Source of the DNA: Takakia lepidozioides
Taxonomy: Eukaryota; Plantae; Bryophyta
NCBI GenBank assembly: GCA_030704615.1
Contig: CM060731.1
Coordinates: 53,506,001 to 53,570,000 of the forward strand
Direction of reading: 5' to 3'
Length of the DNA: 64,000 bases
The notes under the pieces are model-generated. The model was not told the DNA's origin. It ran no database searches and saw nothing but the letters and a program-made list of their open reading frames with translations. The position numbers and the translations under genes are program-made. How positions within the stretch are numbered: the first letter of the stretch is position 1; each line of letters begins with the position of its first letter. This document shows positions 38,601 through 52,239 of the stretch, in pieces.

Positions 38601-40662
38601 GACAGGTTACTTCTCACACACCAACACATTTCCTGCCAATCTCACCCTCTTTCATCACAGGGTGCTTTCTTTGTGCTGTTGTGCAGCTAGGGACTGTTGT
38701 CGAGTACAGGGGAAGCCATGCAAGCTTTTTGAAGCAGTCTTTCACACTGACACGGCGCTCCTTTGTGAACATGAGCAGGGACATAGGATACTACTGGTTA
38801 CGCCTTGTCTTATTCTTACTGCTAGGCATTTGCCTGGGTACCATATTCTGGAAAGTTGGCTTTCATTTTAGCTCCATCATGGTAAGATTTATTTTGTTTG
38901 TGCCATCTTGACATTGAAACCTCTCTGTTTCTCTTATAGAGAGACCATCATATTTGGCAAGTAATTATGAATGACCTCAGAATGGACTTCATTTTTGTTG
39001 ATCTTGCCAATGTTGTAGCACATGAAGGTTTAGCGCGGAATACAATTGGACACAGCAATGTGGTCCCTCTTCCCTAATTCTCAGAGAGTGGACGCTCATC
39101 TAGATACTCCGTGGCACCCACAGGCTAGAGCAGGGTGCTTGTTCTTTGTTGCTGGATTCATGACAGCTTTGGCCATTGGGAGCTTTCCCTCTTTTGCAGA
39201 GGACATGAAGGTGCACAATTGACCGAACTCTTCCAACTTCTTGGTCTCTGAGGTTCCTCCTTCATTGTTGGCACCTCTCTGACATAATTGTCCCACTTGA
39301 GATTGAGGGTTGGGGATTGTAATTAATCTGGTGTATTGCCATTACTAGCAGTTCACATGCCTTTGCTTGGGCTCTTTCGTTCATTTGCAAAGTTAGGTGT
39401 GTTCTAGTTGCATTATAAAGGATATTTCATAATGATGTTCATTGCCATGTGCAGGTGTTCACCCGAGAGAGACTCAATGGACATTATGGAGTGGTTGCGT
39501 TTGTGATAGGCAACTCAATCTCATCATTGCCATTTCTTTTGCTCACCTCATTTGTTGCAGGCTCACTTGTCTACTTCATGGCCCAGTTGCACTCAGGATT
39601 TTCACATTACGCCTACTTCATCCTCTCCCTCTTTGCCCAGCTGGCATGTGTGGAGAGTGTAATGATGGCTGTGGCCAGTGTGGTTCCCAATTTTCTTGTT
39701 GGCATCGTTGTTGGCTCCGGGCTTCAGGTATATTCATGCTTCTGCACTCGTATATTTTCCTTTTTGAGCATCAGCCCAGATTTTACTTTTTAGACCACCT
39801 CTACATAACAGTGTCCCCCCAAAAGTGTTGATATGTCCACTTATGAAGACAGGGCACCTTAAGACGTTTACAGTTTTACATGGTTAGGTGTGATTTTTAT
39901 TTAGTCACACATCTGGAGATTGACAATATCCAGAGGATGAGGACCATCTCTCTATACTGGATAACAAAGCATAGCTGTATATGGTTTAAGTCTTGCAAAG
40001 AATCTCTTGCCATGAATAGGCTACGGTAAACTATTTTGTATGAGTACATTCTCTTAAGCTTCATGTGCTTGCATGAGCAGGGTCTATTCCTTGTGGTGGC
40101 GGGCTTCTTCCGCCTAATTGACGATTTGCCAAAGGCTGTGTGGCGTTACCCTCTCTCTTACATTGCTTTCCAGATGTATGCCTTACAGGTAAGAAATACC
40201 CCTTCCTCAGTGCTAAGTGATCGTTTTTTGTTTTGTCAATCAGTATTGTTTTGGTTCAGGAAAGTTCGATGTCCCCTCTCAGTTGAAGTATTGGTAATCT
40301 TGCAGGGAATGTTCAAGAACGACTTCCTTGGACTGACTTTCGATAGCCTTGACGGCACTGGTCCAAGAACCCCTGGGTCGTATGTGGTGGAAAAGTTGTA
40401 CGGCATAAAAAACAAGCGGGGAAAGTGGCAAGACCTGTCTATCCTGTTCGGCATGATTTTTGTATACCGACTCGTGTTCTTTGTGAGTATAAAGTACAAA
40501 GAGAAGGTGGGACCGATGATCCGCTCCTTTCAAGCACAGCAACGCACCAGGAAAAAGCAACCCTCAGAGATACAGATCGTCATCCGGCCTGTTGCGGCTT
40601 CACCTTCCCCCATCCACTCGCAAGCCTGTTGCATGCAGGCTGACAAGTATGCAATCCTGTAG
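35671..40662 (+). CDS. ABCG11: ABC transporter G family half-transporter (WBC), ABCG11-like; 12 exons (35671-35881, 36004-36084, 36328-36410, 36649-36938, 37218-37389, 37670-37795, 38237-38356, 38687-38881, 39124-39210, 39455-39727, 40081-40188, 40306-40662), 700 aa, intact
   Basis: Walker [10 protein letters not shown], signature LSGGERRR, Walker [14 protein letters not shown]-loop SIHQP, NPSDH and a TMD with [16 protein letters not shown] and ERLNGHYGV. All junctions are GT-AG and phase-consistent (2103 nt). Exact orthology within the ABCG11 group is not established. Confidence 0.95.
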
Positions 40663-41701
40663 TGCAGCCCGTTTCATTAAACCCAGTGACAGTTTAGCTT
40701 TCCTACACTGAGACGATGAGACCACTGTGTGCCACATTTATCGAATTTTCCTTCGTTCTTGTGATCATTCTGACTACTAAACCCACACCTAGCAAACCCT
40801 AATTCCTTGAAAACCTGGCCTGAAATTTTTTCTGGTCCTTCATTTCTGTAATCTCCCAGTAGAACAATGACAACAGTTGGAAGGTCCCATTACACATCTG
40901 ATAGCCCTAAGAAGAATATTTTCAAAGCATGATGTGATTATTATGTGGGTGTGTCTAGAATGCGCATATGGACTCATCCACAAGCTGGATGGGACTTGGG
41001 GAATATTAAGGTATATTCAGACAGTGTGATATATTGGTGCTAAGGGAATGGCTGGAGTCCGTTCTTAAACATATTGGATTCACACCTACGGTGCTACGTA
41101 ACAGAAATAATGACATGGCACTAGCATTGGGACCCGGAGGTAAGGACCTTGGCACCTAACATTAAATCTTCACAAAATCCTAGATTTCACCTTAAACAAG
41201 CAAGGTTAAGTAAAATGGTCATAATCTTCCCCATAGCTCGATGCTAGCTACCCTTGCCCTATGTCGCCTGTGACACAGATGGACGCAAGCATACATACAC
41301 TTCTGCATGTACTTCGCACTCAATTTCGCTCCACATTGTTGGTCAATTTCAATCACGTATTCTAGAGATTGGAGTACGCATTCACCATGGAAGATTTCAC
41401 CAACAACGATGGAGCTGAAGATCGCGACTCACACTTAAGAATTGCTTAATTTTCTATTGTCTTGGTTCTTGAATTCTAGATCAATCTACTACAATTTACA
41501 ATTCAATCTGCTTCACTCTCGATTCAATATGCTTTACTTTCGATCATCTGCTTCAAATGGCTTCACTCTGCGCATATCTAGAAATGAAAATTAGTGCATA
41601 TCTGAATGAAGAACGAATATATCAGACCCATATTGTGAATTGCATATTGTTACATTCGTATTGTTTTACTAGGCGAGCCTAAACGCCCAACTGAAGACGT
41701 T

Positions 41702-42500
41702 GTGAGTCCATCACGGAAGAAACGTGGAAGGTCCACGAAGAAACAGGGCCAGACTTCCTCTGTGGATATCCAATCCAAGAAACCACGACAACCCAATTGG
41801 GAGCATGGAGAGGTTTTAGCTAGATCATCGAAGCTAAGAAAAACTGAGCACCTGGCTGCTCTGGATCACATAGATCCACAGGATCAATTTGCAGAGACAT
41901 CAGTAATAAAATGGAAGAAGATAGCTGCAAAAGTAGCTGAAGCACAATCCTCTTAACATGTCGGGAATGGACCTGCATGTAAGGATAAATGGGGGGCTCT
42001 GAGTGGAGGCTTCAAAAGATATTGACTCATCAGTTGGAACCGGCCACAACGAAGGGTATTGGAATATGAGCCCACAAGACAAAGTGGCACTCAATTTACC
42101 CCGTCATTTTGGAAGGGGGATGTATGAACTGATGGAGCAATTTCTTGGTGCTAGGCCGATATTTCACCCTCCTCATGTCAGGGATCTCATGGACGACATG
42201 GATCAAGTCTATAAACCACAAGGTCTCATGGCAGAGGATGCCATCGCTCTCAATGGTGACAGTCGAGCTCAATATGAAAAGAGTCAAAAAATCATGAAGA
42301 AACTCATGACAGGGATGATGCTGATGACATTTGCCTGGATGAGAGTTCGATGTTTGTTCCAAATCCTACAGGACCCAGGGAGACTCCTGCAACATCCCAA
42401 GTTGGCATTCCATATGCAGAAACTGGCACTCCATTCCCTGAGGTACCATTTGTGCCACCCAACAACCCTAGCAACCCACAACCCAACATCCCACTGACCT
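41702..42500 (+). pseudogene. Myb/SANT (trihelix-like) DNA-binding protein remnant, probably transposon-associated (Harbinger-type partner gene or captured copy)
   Basis: RQPNWEHGEVLA...KWKKIA...GPACKDKWG...YWNMSPQDKVALNLPRHF, with frameshifts and stops. Confidence 0.7.
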
Positions 42501-43783
42501 GACCAGTGATACCTGCTTCAGTCAACAAGAGTGCAAATCGAGGAGGACGATTGGGTCTGCCCGGGCTGGGGTCTGCCCGCTGGTGGGACTACCGCCAAGC
42601 AGCCCGATCCAACAGACCGAAACGCACCCTAGATGACGTGACGCCCATCTCACCGTGATGTCGCGCTGCTATCGTAGCTGCCCGGATTTAGGGCATGGTA
42701 GCCGCAGCCAATCGTGGGCGAAGACTGTTTCATCAATCTTTTCCTCCCTCTGGTCTGTTCATGCCAACGCGCTTCCCTCCTGCCAAGAACGTACGTGCTG
42801 TCGTCATTCGCTTCCACTTTTGCAAGTCGTATTGCAGGTGCTTTCGAGTGCGCGAGAGGGGTACTGCATTGTATGTGGCAGCGGCCGTCGATGCCCAACC
42901 AAAAAGCTTTCTTATACGTCCACTACGACAATGTCTTCAAACACCAAAGGATGTGTCATTTTCCTGCAAAGACCTTTACTGGAAGAACAAGAGTCGCTCT
43001 AGATACATGGGCTCTCAAGTGCGGGTCCGCATGGCCTGTATTCCCTGGGAGAGAGTGCCCGACTTTGTACTTGGAGAGGAGAGTAGAGACGGGTGTTCCA
43101 CCCAATTTTACATAAATGTGCATGTTAACACGAAGCCCGGACCGTGAAGAGCTCCAAGAGCTAACACATATCTAACTTTTGTCATGTTTGCACCATATTC
43201 CCGCACTGCCTTTTTGTTCTTGTGCTTGTGCTTGTCGGACATGTACATGTATCATATGTAGATAGGGTTTAGGTTGTCTTACATGCTTACAGAACTCCAT
43301 GGGTGTCGATGACATACTCCAATACGACCCTGTCCAGGTATCAGTGTTGCTATGGTCCAGAGGACAAGCGCACCAACAATTTGACTGTCACAGATCCTAA
43401 AGTCAAGCGAGGAGGTCCAGACGTTGGGCTAGAAGCAGTAATCCTCACAAAGGTCCAAGATGAAAGAAAAGCCAATACGGTGAGTCTTACAAGCGTGGGT
43501 GTCTCTGTTGTTTCAAAGTCTCGGATTGTTATCTTGCTCTAGACATTGGGGTCATCACATATTATAACAACATGCAACACCTGGATGTGTCCGGAAAACC
43601 CTCTCATGGCGGATATGCTGAGTTCCAGTTCAGCCGATATGCTTATGCTCCACATATTAGCGAGGAGCTGAAAAAGTGGATCATGGAATGCTTGTCTCGA
43701 GGCTTGAGTGTCACCCAAGTCATGATTGAACACAAGGAGCACGTCATGCAGAACAGTGGCTTGGGAGACTCATAGACATGCGA

Positions 43784-44497
43784 TGTGGTGGCCCTTTGCC
43801 TTGAGGGCAGGGGGTCGAGACACGAGAGGGGCTGCCCCTGTGGTGGGGGCAGTGGCAACAATAGGTACGGGGGCTAAAGCACCCTTGAGTGCCTTGGGCA
43901 CTCGAGGAGGCGGAGGCGCTCACTAGGTGGAGCCCCGCACACCTGGTTGCGGTGGGGGTGGTTCCACGAGGGGTGGTGGTAGCTTAGTGAGTCTTAGTGG
44001 GGGTGGCATAGGACTCACCATGGGGCGGAGACCTTGTGGTAGGAGTCATGGGGAGTCTTGGGACTCATCACGGTCCAATGGGGCCATGGTGAAGACTCAC
44101 CGCGACTCATCACCGGGAATCGAGGGTTTTCGTGGTAGTTCACCATAAAATGACTGGGTTGTTTGTGAAACCCCCGTGGACAGTCACAGAAGTATATATA
44201 GGGAGTAGTAACCCCGAGAACGGTGCAAGCCCGTTGGTGACCAAGAACTAGTGAGTAAGCGCGGGCCGGAAAGCAACCAAGGTGTGGGGAGCTGTTCCGG
44301 ACTGCCAACAACCAAGGGAATTTCCACTAGGCCCAGATTGAGAGAGGGTCTTGTGGAGGAGCAAAGAGGGACCGTTATGTCGCGGTGAGCAGCCGAAGCT
44401 TCGAGTTGGCCCGACAGCCAGTTTGGGAGTTAGGCGCGCGCATCAAAGCGAGTAACTATGACTTGAAGGGGAGCTTACTGAAGTGAGGTGCGCGACA
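43784..44497 (+). mobile_element. Solo LTR of the same Gypsy family (714 bp)
   Basis: TG...CA termini, perfect 5-bp TSD TGCGA (43779-43783, 44498-44502), high similarity to 21141-21853. Confidence 0.95.
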
Positions 44498-44899
44498 TGC
44501 GACGACTTTCTTCTCGAGCAAGATGTCCGAAATCTCGTTGAAAAACGAGCCTGACAGACCTTCAAAAAACACGCTGATGACGCACAATCCGTCTGTATGT
44601 GGAAAAATCAAAACCCGGACTCGGTCTTCTTCTACCAGGAGGAATCATTGACACCCCTATTTCAACATTTTGATGGAGATTTGACCTTCACCATTGGGAT
44701 TCAGACTCCTTGGCAGTGGCAGAAGATGTTGGACTTGGGCCATGCGCGCATCGTAGCTTGTGATGTTGCATTTGGAACTAACCATCACAAGGTCTGCCGT
44801 GGACCCTCTCCACGGGCTTCTGCTAGCATGATAGCATACTACAATGGTTTCCCACTCCTGTGGTGCATTGCTTATTCGTCCTCAATCCCGATAGACCTA

Positions 44900-45110
44900 A
44901 TTGTTGTAGACCCTGTCCCAGTACACCCTGTTCCAGCAGACCTTCCACTGCACTTTGTTTTAGGGCAGACCCTTTTGCGTGTTCACCCTATTACAGTAGA
45001 CTCTGTGCGTGTTCACCCAGTTGCAGTACACCCTATGCATGTTCATCCAGTTACAGTACACCCTGTGCGTTTTCACCCTGTTGCAGTACACCCTGTGCTA
45101 GTACACCCTG
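44900..45110 (+). repeat. Intronic 15/30-bp minisatellite (gtacaccctgt / gttcaccc units)
   Basis: Seen as repeated HPVAV/HPVPV in translation. Lies between a GT donor (~44792) and an AG acceptor (~45171) of the MULE gene. Confidence 0.75.
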
Positions 45111-46252
45111 GTAAAATAGGGCATGTGGGTACGACACTGCTCTACTAATTACGAATTGTCATTTCATGCAGTTCCCCTTATATACGTTGATGGTTTTCGA
45201 CCAATGGTTGAACGGAATTCCGATTGCATACATATTGTCAGCACACATTCGAACATTAGACCTTATTCCGTGGATGTTAGCATTGCGTGATGCCCTCCTT
45301 AAGGAAAAGCCCACCTGGCGGCCAAATGTCTTCATTGTCGATGACGCTGAAGCAGAAATCAATGCAATCCGGTACGCCACATCTCAATCTGCCCCATGGT
45401 CTGCCATATAGTCTCAATCTGCCCTATGGTCTACCATATGGTTTGCCCTAGGTATGGTCCACTCCACGGTCTGCTATATGGTCTGCCCTTTTTGGTCTGT
45501 CTTGTCTGGTCTCACGCTTGTGGCAGTGCTGAATCCAGTATGCCACATCTCAAATACTCACCTGCAGTAGACCAATGCGGCAGACCATGATCGCAAAGCA
45601 CCTGCAGTAGACCAATGTGGCAAAGCATCTGGGACTCTCTTAATGTGCTTTTTAAAGGATTGATGAAGGAGACCAATGAAGTCAATAAATGAGCCAAAGT
45701 GAATCAGTAGACCAATGTAGTAGAGCAATGAAGCAAGCATAATTCAATGAAGCAATTAAAGGGGTAGACCAAGACAGTACATTCGACTAACGATGCAATT
45801 GACAAACCCATGGAATATTCGACAATCGACTTATCTGTGCACATTTAGGCGACCACGGAATTTAGTAGACCACTAAGTCTACTAGACCACGAAAAGTAGT
45901 GGACCACTATCTCATGGACAGACCTTTGTCGGTTTTATCATAAGGATCTCGATGTCAAGACATATAATGATGTTGCTATGTGCAAGTGGAGCATGGATTG
46001 ATAGTGCATCGTATGGGCAAGGACCTGAAGACCTGTAAGTACATAACTGGTACCAATAGTTGATGGGTAAGTGTCATGCGTTTCAACTGTTTTTTTGCCC
46101 TTTATCATTGGTCCACCATCGCTGGTCTGCAGCATTGGTACATGGTCTGCCCAGCTCTACTTGGTCTGCCTAGGTCTACCAGTGTGCTCAATGGGTCTGC
46201 CATTTTGATTTGCAGCTTTTCCCTTGTACTGATGCGCCCTGCGGTGTGGCAG

Positions 46253-46560
46253 GTTTCATTGGAGATTGGTGATTATTGACCGAGTGCTCCGCATGTTCAC
46301 TCATCTGAACTCAATCAAGGAGATGCACAAACCCGTGGAGATACTGCCATGGGCTCGAAATGTGTATGGAGCATGTCTCGGCTTGGAGCCGCACACGGCG
46401 TCGTGGGACAAGGCCACTGCATTCAATTTTCATGTCCCTGAAGTGCCGCAACAACCATTTTCGTGGGAATGTGGCTTTTACGTCATGTCCTTTATCGAGG
46501 GGTTCTACGACTAGTTGAAAGGCGATCGTGGAAAAAGACTTAGAGAGAGAGGAAAGTTGT
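46253..46560 (+). pseudogene. Ulp1-like (C48) SUMO protease C-terminal fragment, MULE cargo
   Basis: VPEVPQQPFSWECGFYVMSFIE matches the PQQ.N..DCG.(Y/F)V motif. Upstream ..W...IID....FTHLNS resembles the His/Asp region. Confidence 0.7.
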
Positions 46561-46986
46561 TTACCTCAAAGTAGTTTACATTCCGCTATGCTTGCAGGCA
46601 ACGATAAAAGTGTATAGAGTACATTTTGAAAGCACTCAGTACTATAGATAATGTAGTTGTAGAGCGGCAGTTGTCATCTAGGAAGATGTCGGACGTGTCA
46701 GACTCTTCCGATGTCCGGGTTATTTCTTCTAGGCCTGGCAATAAATGAAAGACATGTCATTTGCTCATCTGGTCTGTGGTGCAGGGCTGTTCATTTTTAT
46801 GTATGGTCTTCACTTTCGTGGAACATTTCATTAGTCTGCTGTCGTGGTCTACTGCTTAATACTTCGTTCCTGGTCTGATCGATGTTATGTATTGTGTAGT
46901 GCTCGACGTGGTTTGCTGGTGAACTGATGTTATTGGTCTACTGATGTATGGCGTACTGTTCGCCGTGGTCTGCTGGTGAACTGATG

Positions 46987-48711
46987 TTATTGGTCTGGTA
47001 CCTCCACGGAGTGGACTTGGTTTGGACCACATTTGGTCAACTCAAGCAATCGGTTTGTAGCCTCGGATTCCTGTTTCTCTAGGACTTTCAGGTCCTCGGT
47101 GGCAATACTGCATTCAAACTGTGGGTCGTTTTCAAAAAAGTACAACATTGTTTTTCCCTCAGAGATATGTGCGTTAAAAGTGGAGCCAAATCGGGCAGTG
47201 AACCTGCACAAACTCGGAAAAAGCCTTTAAGAAGATAGACCACGACAGAACCGGGCTGGCAGACCCAGAAGGACCACACCCAGAAGGACCAGACCTACAA
47301 CGGATACGGTACCAAACCAAGGACCAGACCAATGGAGCAGGCCAATGGAGCGGATGAACGGCAGCCACATCAGACCCAACAGACCCATACAAACTTTTTA
47401 TTGCAGACCCATGATGGAGTTGGTGTGTTCAGAGCATCGCACGTAGACCAACGAGACTTACTTGTGTTTGTTACGGAGCTCCACAACTTCGCTCTCCACT
47501 TCGAAGCAGACCTTCCGGTCAGCACTCATGTACACTTCGGACTTGGGTTTTTTTGCAGCGCCTTTTTTGGGGGGAATTGTTTTTAACCTCGGGTCTGCCA
47601 CGCCATCTGGTATGCGCTTCTTCCCAACTACCGTCGCTCTATTTGGTGAAGCAAGTTCCTCCAACTTCTTTTCCAATGCAACAGCCGTCTCCTTCATACC
47701 CTCCCAGAGCTGGCTAGTTCGGCTTCGCAGCAAGATTTTGTCCTGGGGTCTATTAACACTTTGTGGTCCCGTTCTAGATGCTTCATGCACTCCATGGGTC
47801 GAACTGGCCCCTACGGTGGGGTTATCACTACTGGTCCACCCTTTGTGCTTGACCCCATGTTGAGCACCTGCGACGGACCACGAGCTGAGACCTCGGACGC
47901 TAGAACCTTCACATGAATATCATACCACAAAACATCAGCAATGGCCACCCAAATGCACCCGAAAAAAAAATTGGACTGCAAAAATGCATTGGAATCATAC
48001 CTTTGTGGGCGCTGTGGATGTCTGCGATTGCGCCACTCCTGTGGCAGGTACATCTTCGACTACAGTGACTGGATCCAGAGAATGAGAATGGAAAGAAACA
48101 TGTGTATGGGTTTCAGCAAGGTTTGTTGTGGGGTCTACATTGTCAGTGGTGGAGTCGAACATAAGGAGCACCTTATCAACGGATTGGTCTAACGCCAGTT
48201 GTGAGTCTACAGACGAGTCTGGGTCCACAAAAGTAAGCGGAAAAACTGCCAAAGATGCATCCTCATCTTCTGTAGACCCTGCCTCTAACAAATGGGGAAG
48301 ATCACCGACCAAACTGTCACAGTCACAGTCCATAGTTGCAATTGCAGAATTGGTCTGTACTATGGATAAATGAACACTGACGCCTTCTCGGTTCTGTTCA
48401 GGCTGTGCTCTGTCAAAAGTTTTGGTGGGAAGGATAAGGTCCACTACCATTCTCTGCTTCTCAGCAGATGTTGCAGTGGGGGAGAAAGGAATTGCTCCTC
48501 TCATTTTCGGCAACTCGTAAGTGCCAGGGAGGATCGGCGTCGCTTCCTGGGTTTTTTCCGCCAGGTCTTCACGAATGTCAGATGGTCTGTCATGCACTAG
48601 CAGGGTCTGCTGATGTTGGAATGGTGAGGTGTCAACGTCCATACCTGTGTCACGATGCACTTCTGCGGTGCTGTTGTCAAGCAATGTACCAGGCAGGGTG
48701 TCCTCCGGCAA
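46987..48711 (-). other. Uncharacterised antisense gene remnants inside the MULE region (putative accessory gene)
   Basis: Same-strand ORF pieces 47995-48711, 47458-47790 and 46987-47211, with plausible GT/AG junctions and acidic/basic low-complexity composition. No recognisable domain. Confidence 0.35.
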
Positions 48712-49838
48712 GGTATGATCTTCTCTCCTCTGCTACGGCAAGGTCTAATCAGGTTTGCTATGGGTAAAAGGCTTGTGTCGCAGGATTTTCAGACAAGGGA
48801 TACAGTCGGAGTGTGCATGTCGGGTGACGAGGGCTGGATGAATGGCCAGAAGATGAAGATGCAAGGAAACAGTTCATCCGAACTAAATCAAGGATGAATG
48901 ACCAACAAAGTAAAGGGGCAAAAATCTGTTCATTGGGTAGATTCATGGGGAGTGATGGATGGAGAAGGGATCAGCTGGAAAAATTGGATGAACTGGTAAA
49001 GTTCATCCAACTAGTGACAAACTGGTAGTTGGAAGATTCTTATAACAGAGCAGCAGCTAAACTAAGGCCTTTGTCGTATGCATGCAGCTTGAAAGGGGGA
49101 GTAATACCCGTATTACTCCCAAGTTTGCATTAAGACCTTAGAGAGAAGTTCACTTGACACCAACATGGCAAATTTTTGAAGTAGGCAGCGCACCGTCCGG
49201 TGGAAGGGTGGCTAAAGGGGATTTAGGAGTGAAGGATGGAGGAAGAAGGACCTTTTTGGCATGACTGAAAGTAGGAAGAGCGTAAGATTGAGAACACGGA
49301 GGTGGTATGGAGGTGGTGTTGGCAGTAAAATGGAGTGAGATGTTGGTGTTATGCATGCTCTTGTAGACTGAAAGTGGAAGCATTATAAATTAAGAGTCAT
49401 GTTTTCTCTTCAGCGATGAGTGTTGCTTAAGAATGAGAGTGGTATGTAGTCTGAAAACAAGTGCGTGAAGGAGTCTTCTTTGTCGTGAACTTGTAAGAAC
49501 TTCATACTTCAAGCGCCAAGTATCATGCAGTCCAACTTGTTGGGGCCGATTGATAGTGCAGCCATGAGAACTAGGATGTAATGATCAGATCAGGAAGGTG
49601 GAACGTGCGAATACACGGATCAGATGAACCATCTAGTGCTGACTTCTTTTTCTTTGGATGAATTAAAAGAAAACAAATAAACAGCAAAAAGAGTAATGGT
49701 GAAAGCGTAGAGAGAAGGGAAAGAGACATAGCTAGGGGACTGGATGTTGTTTTCCTCTTCCACTCCAGCAGCATCTATTCCTTGAGCACTAATGAAGTGG
49801 GACATGTGACAGCAAGAAGTACAGGGGGCCCCTCTTTT

Positions 49839-52170
49839 TGGTATCAGAGCGGAGGTCCTCAGGACCAAGTCGATCTGGGTTGGGAGCAATGGTATTCCAA
49901 GACGAGTTGGACATTCCTTTCTATGGGAGAAGGGAAGAGGATGTGTATGAGTGGTTGACTAGCCTACAAGAGGTCGGCGCATCTAAATGTTTTTCGGAAG
50001 ACAGACTTTGGAAATTGGCCCGACTGAATCTCAAATCAAGTACAGATGTGTGGTACATGTGACAGAAACCAAAACCTCAGGGTTGGAGGGATTTCTATGA
50101 GGCCATTGTTTTGAAGTATGGAAGGGGAGTTATGCCAATATTGAAAAGAGACAATTTGGACGAAGAACTATTCACTGCTGGTGACACAAAAGGGCTGATC
50201 AGATCTGCAAGTGAGCAGCTGACATCAGAAGGGCAATTTGCAAAGGTGCTCAATGAGAGGTCAACATCTGTGGATCTTCAAGTTATCGAGGAAGAAGTAC
50301 TACACAACACATCATTTAGTAACTCTGGAGTGGGACGACAATTAGGTGAGCTAGCAAAAAGCAAAATTACCTACAGAGGTGATACCGGTTGCAAACTTGA
50401 TCAGAAAATTGGAGACAGCACCGCGACCTGTCGAGGGAGTGAAACCCAAGACCAAAGTGAGGAAGATCACTGGCTGGAACTCTAGACAGAAGCATGCGGA
50501 ATGCAACAATCCAAATGTGAGATGTTTGAACACGGTAACCCAAGGTACTCTAGCAAGCTGCTGACGCCAACAAAAACTCTCGTCTCAGGCAAAGAGTTGA
50601 CAACTAGTGTGTTTTGTGAGGGTGATGCTGATGAGACCTCCAAGGATGTGATAGGAAGGATGCAAGTGAAAGAGACACCTTTATACCATGCACAAAGAGA
50701 GGAAGAGAAACCTGAGAAGTGCTAGCAATAGGTGAGCAACCTAACCATAGGAGCTGAGGAGTGGTTGCATGCTCCAGTTGGTAAGCAAGCTGATTCAATT
50801 GAACACCTTGCAAACACAACAACCAAGAGCAAAGTAGAAGATGACTTACCCAAAAATGTGGGAATGCAAGTGACGTGGAGGACGCGCAGCGAAATGGCAG
50901 GTTGTTTATGCCCTTGCATGATCCGAGCAGCGGACGTAAGTCTGACTTGCTGCCACCTGTTGGTCAAATACCTATTGCGGAAGATGAGAGGGTAAAATCA
51001 GAAGCTAGGGGACATGAGGCCTGGCAGGATGCAACATTGCGAAAGTTAAGGGATGCATCAAAATGGCAAGTGTTCGATGGTGGTGGAGATGTCACTAGAG
51101 TTGATGCCAACAAGCACTCAACTTCAGATCAAGAATCAGCAAGTTGCAACGACAAAAGGGGAAACATGGGAGTGGGGAGTGCCTTGAAGGAATGTAGCAC
51201 CAACCATAGCAATGCCAGAAGAAAAGGGGTGAGGTTTCGACTTTTTCCAGGGGTAAATGATGCAAAGGAAGGTGACATACATAATAAACTGAAAGGGAAA
51301 GAGAGTGATGAGGCTGAAGTAAGGGGAGGATGCATGGGAGATGTTAGACCCATCTGTCAAAAGGCTAGGGAGAGACTGCAGGCCTGCCAAAAACAGCCCA
51401 TGGATACCAACAGTGTCACTAACATTACGACAAGAGATGAGTGCATAGGTGGTGATAACTACCCGGAGGAAGTGTCACACCTATCTTGCAGGGATGTAGA
51501 CATTGAACATAATTAGGCTGGATATCAAGATTCAGAGAGGGAGAGAAGCAACAGCCCAGACCTACAAGATGCCATTTGTTGTGGAGTTGGCGACTGTGAG
51601 AAAGAGGATGATGCTGAGAATGATGAGCAGCAATGTCATGAGATGGGAAACAAGCTTGATACATGCTGGCTCTGTGAGCTGAGTGATGGACACCTAAAGA
51701 CATCAGTCTGCCGTCAAGACACCCAATGTATCAAGGGAGAGCCATCAAGAAATTTGTGGCTGACCTTCACCAAAGGTGAGCAAGAGGCTCAGATCAGGGA
51801 AGCAGAAACATGGGGAGAGAATCACGACCATAACAGCCCTGAAAGGTCACTAGCCACACCAAAGGAGGGGCTGCATCAAGGCATCCTGGATAATGTGGAG
51901 GTGATACATCCTACAACCTTTGGACAGCCCATAGATTGTCAGGAAAAAGGGGTCAAGTTGCAGAGAGGTAAGCATGTATATGCCCACATGATCCAAAGTA
52001 GACTCAGGCCACTAGAAGCATTCGTGTCTTTTCCGAATCGACTGGGTGTCCGCCAACCACTCCGGGAACCACTTGGCAGTAAGCGGGACAACTGGAGAGT
52101 CGAAATGGACAATGTGGGCCCACGGGGGCATTTCAGACGGTGGGCAAAAGTGGGGTCAACGACTCCGGAG
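49839..52170 (+). mobile_element. Degenerate LTR-retrotransposon derivative: tRNA-Met PBS, gag N-terminus and decayed ORFs with no recognisable pol
   Basis: TGGTATCAGAGC at 49839-49850, followed by FYGRREEDVYEWL...ARLNLKSSTDVWY...W..F...I.LKYG (Ty3 gag-like). LTR boundaries not resolved. Confidence 0.6.
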
Positions 52171-52239
52171 TTGTAGCAAAAATCCGGGGTATTTAATTAA
52201 TTACGTAAATACATAAAAATTTGAAAAAACGGAAATTAC

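Larger units (their letters stand above)
42880..45371 (+). pseudogene. MULE transposase (plant SWIM/MULE family resembling Arabidopsis At1g60560/At4g13970), intron-containing, disrupted by a solo LTR and truncated
   Basis: IPWERVPDFVLGEE, YQCCYGPED, APHISEELKKWI..LSRGLSV, DDAQSV.MW...VFFYQE, FTIGIQTPWQ, ACDVAFGTN, FPLYTLMVFDQWLNGIPIAY, FIVDDAEAEINAI. Confidence 0.85.

Noticed and set aside
50111-52176. Long ORFs as a host gene
   Set aside because: They follow a PBS and gag remnant, are broken by stops, and show no domain or splice structure.
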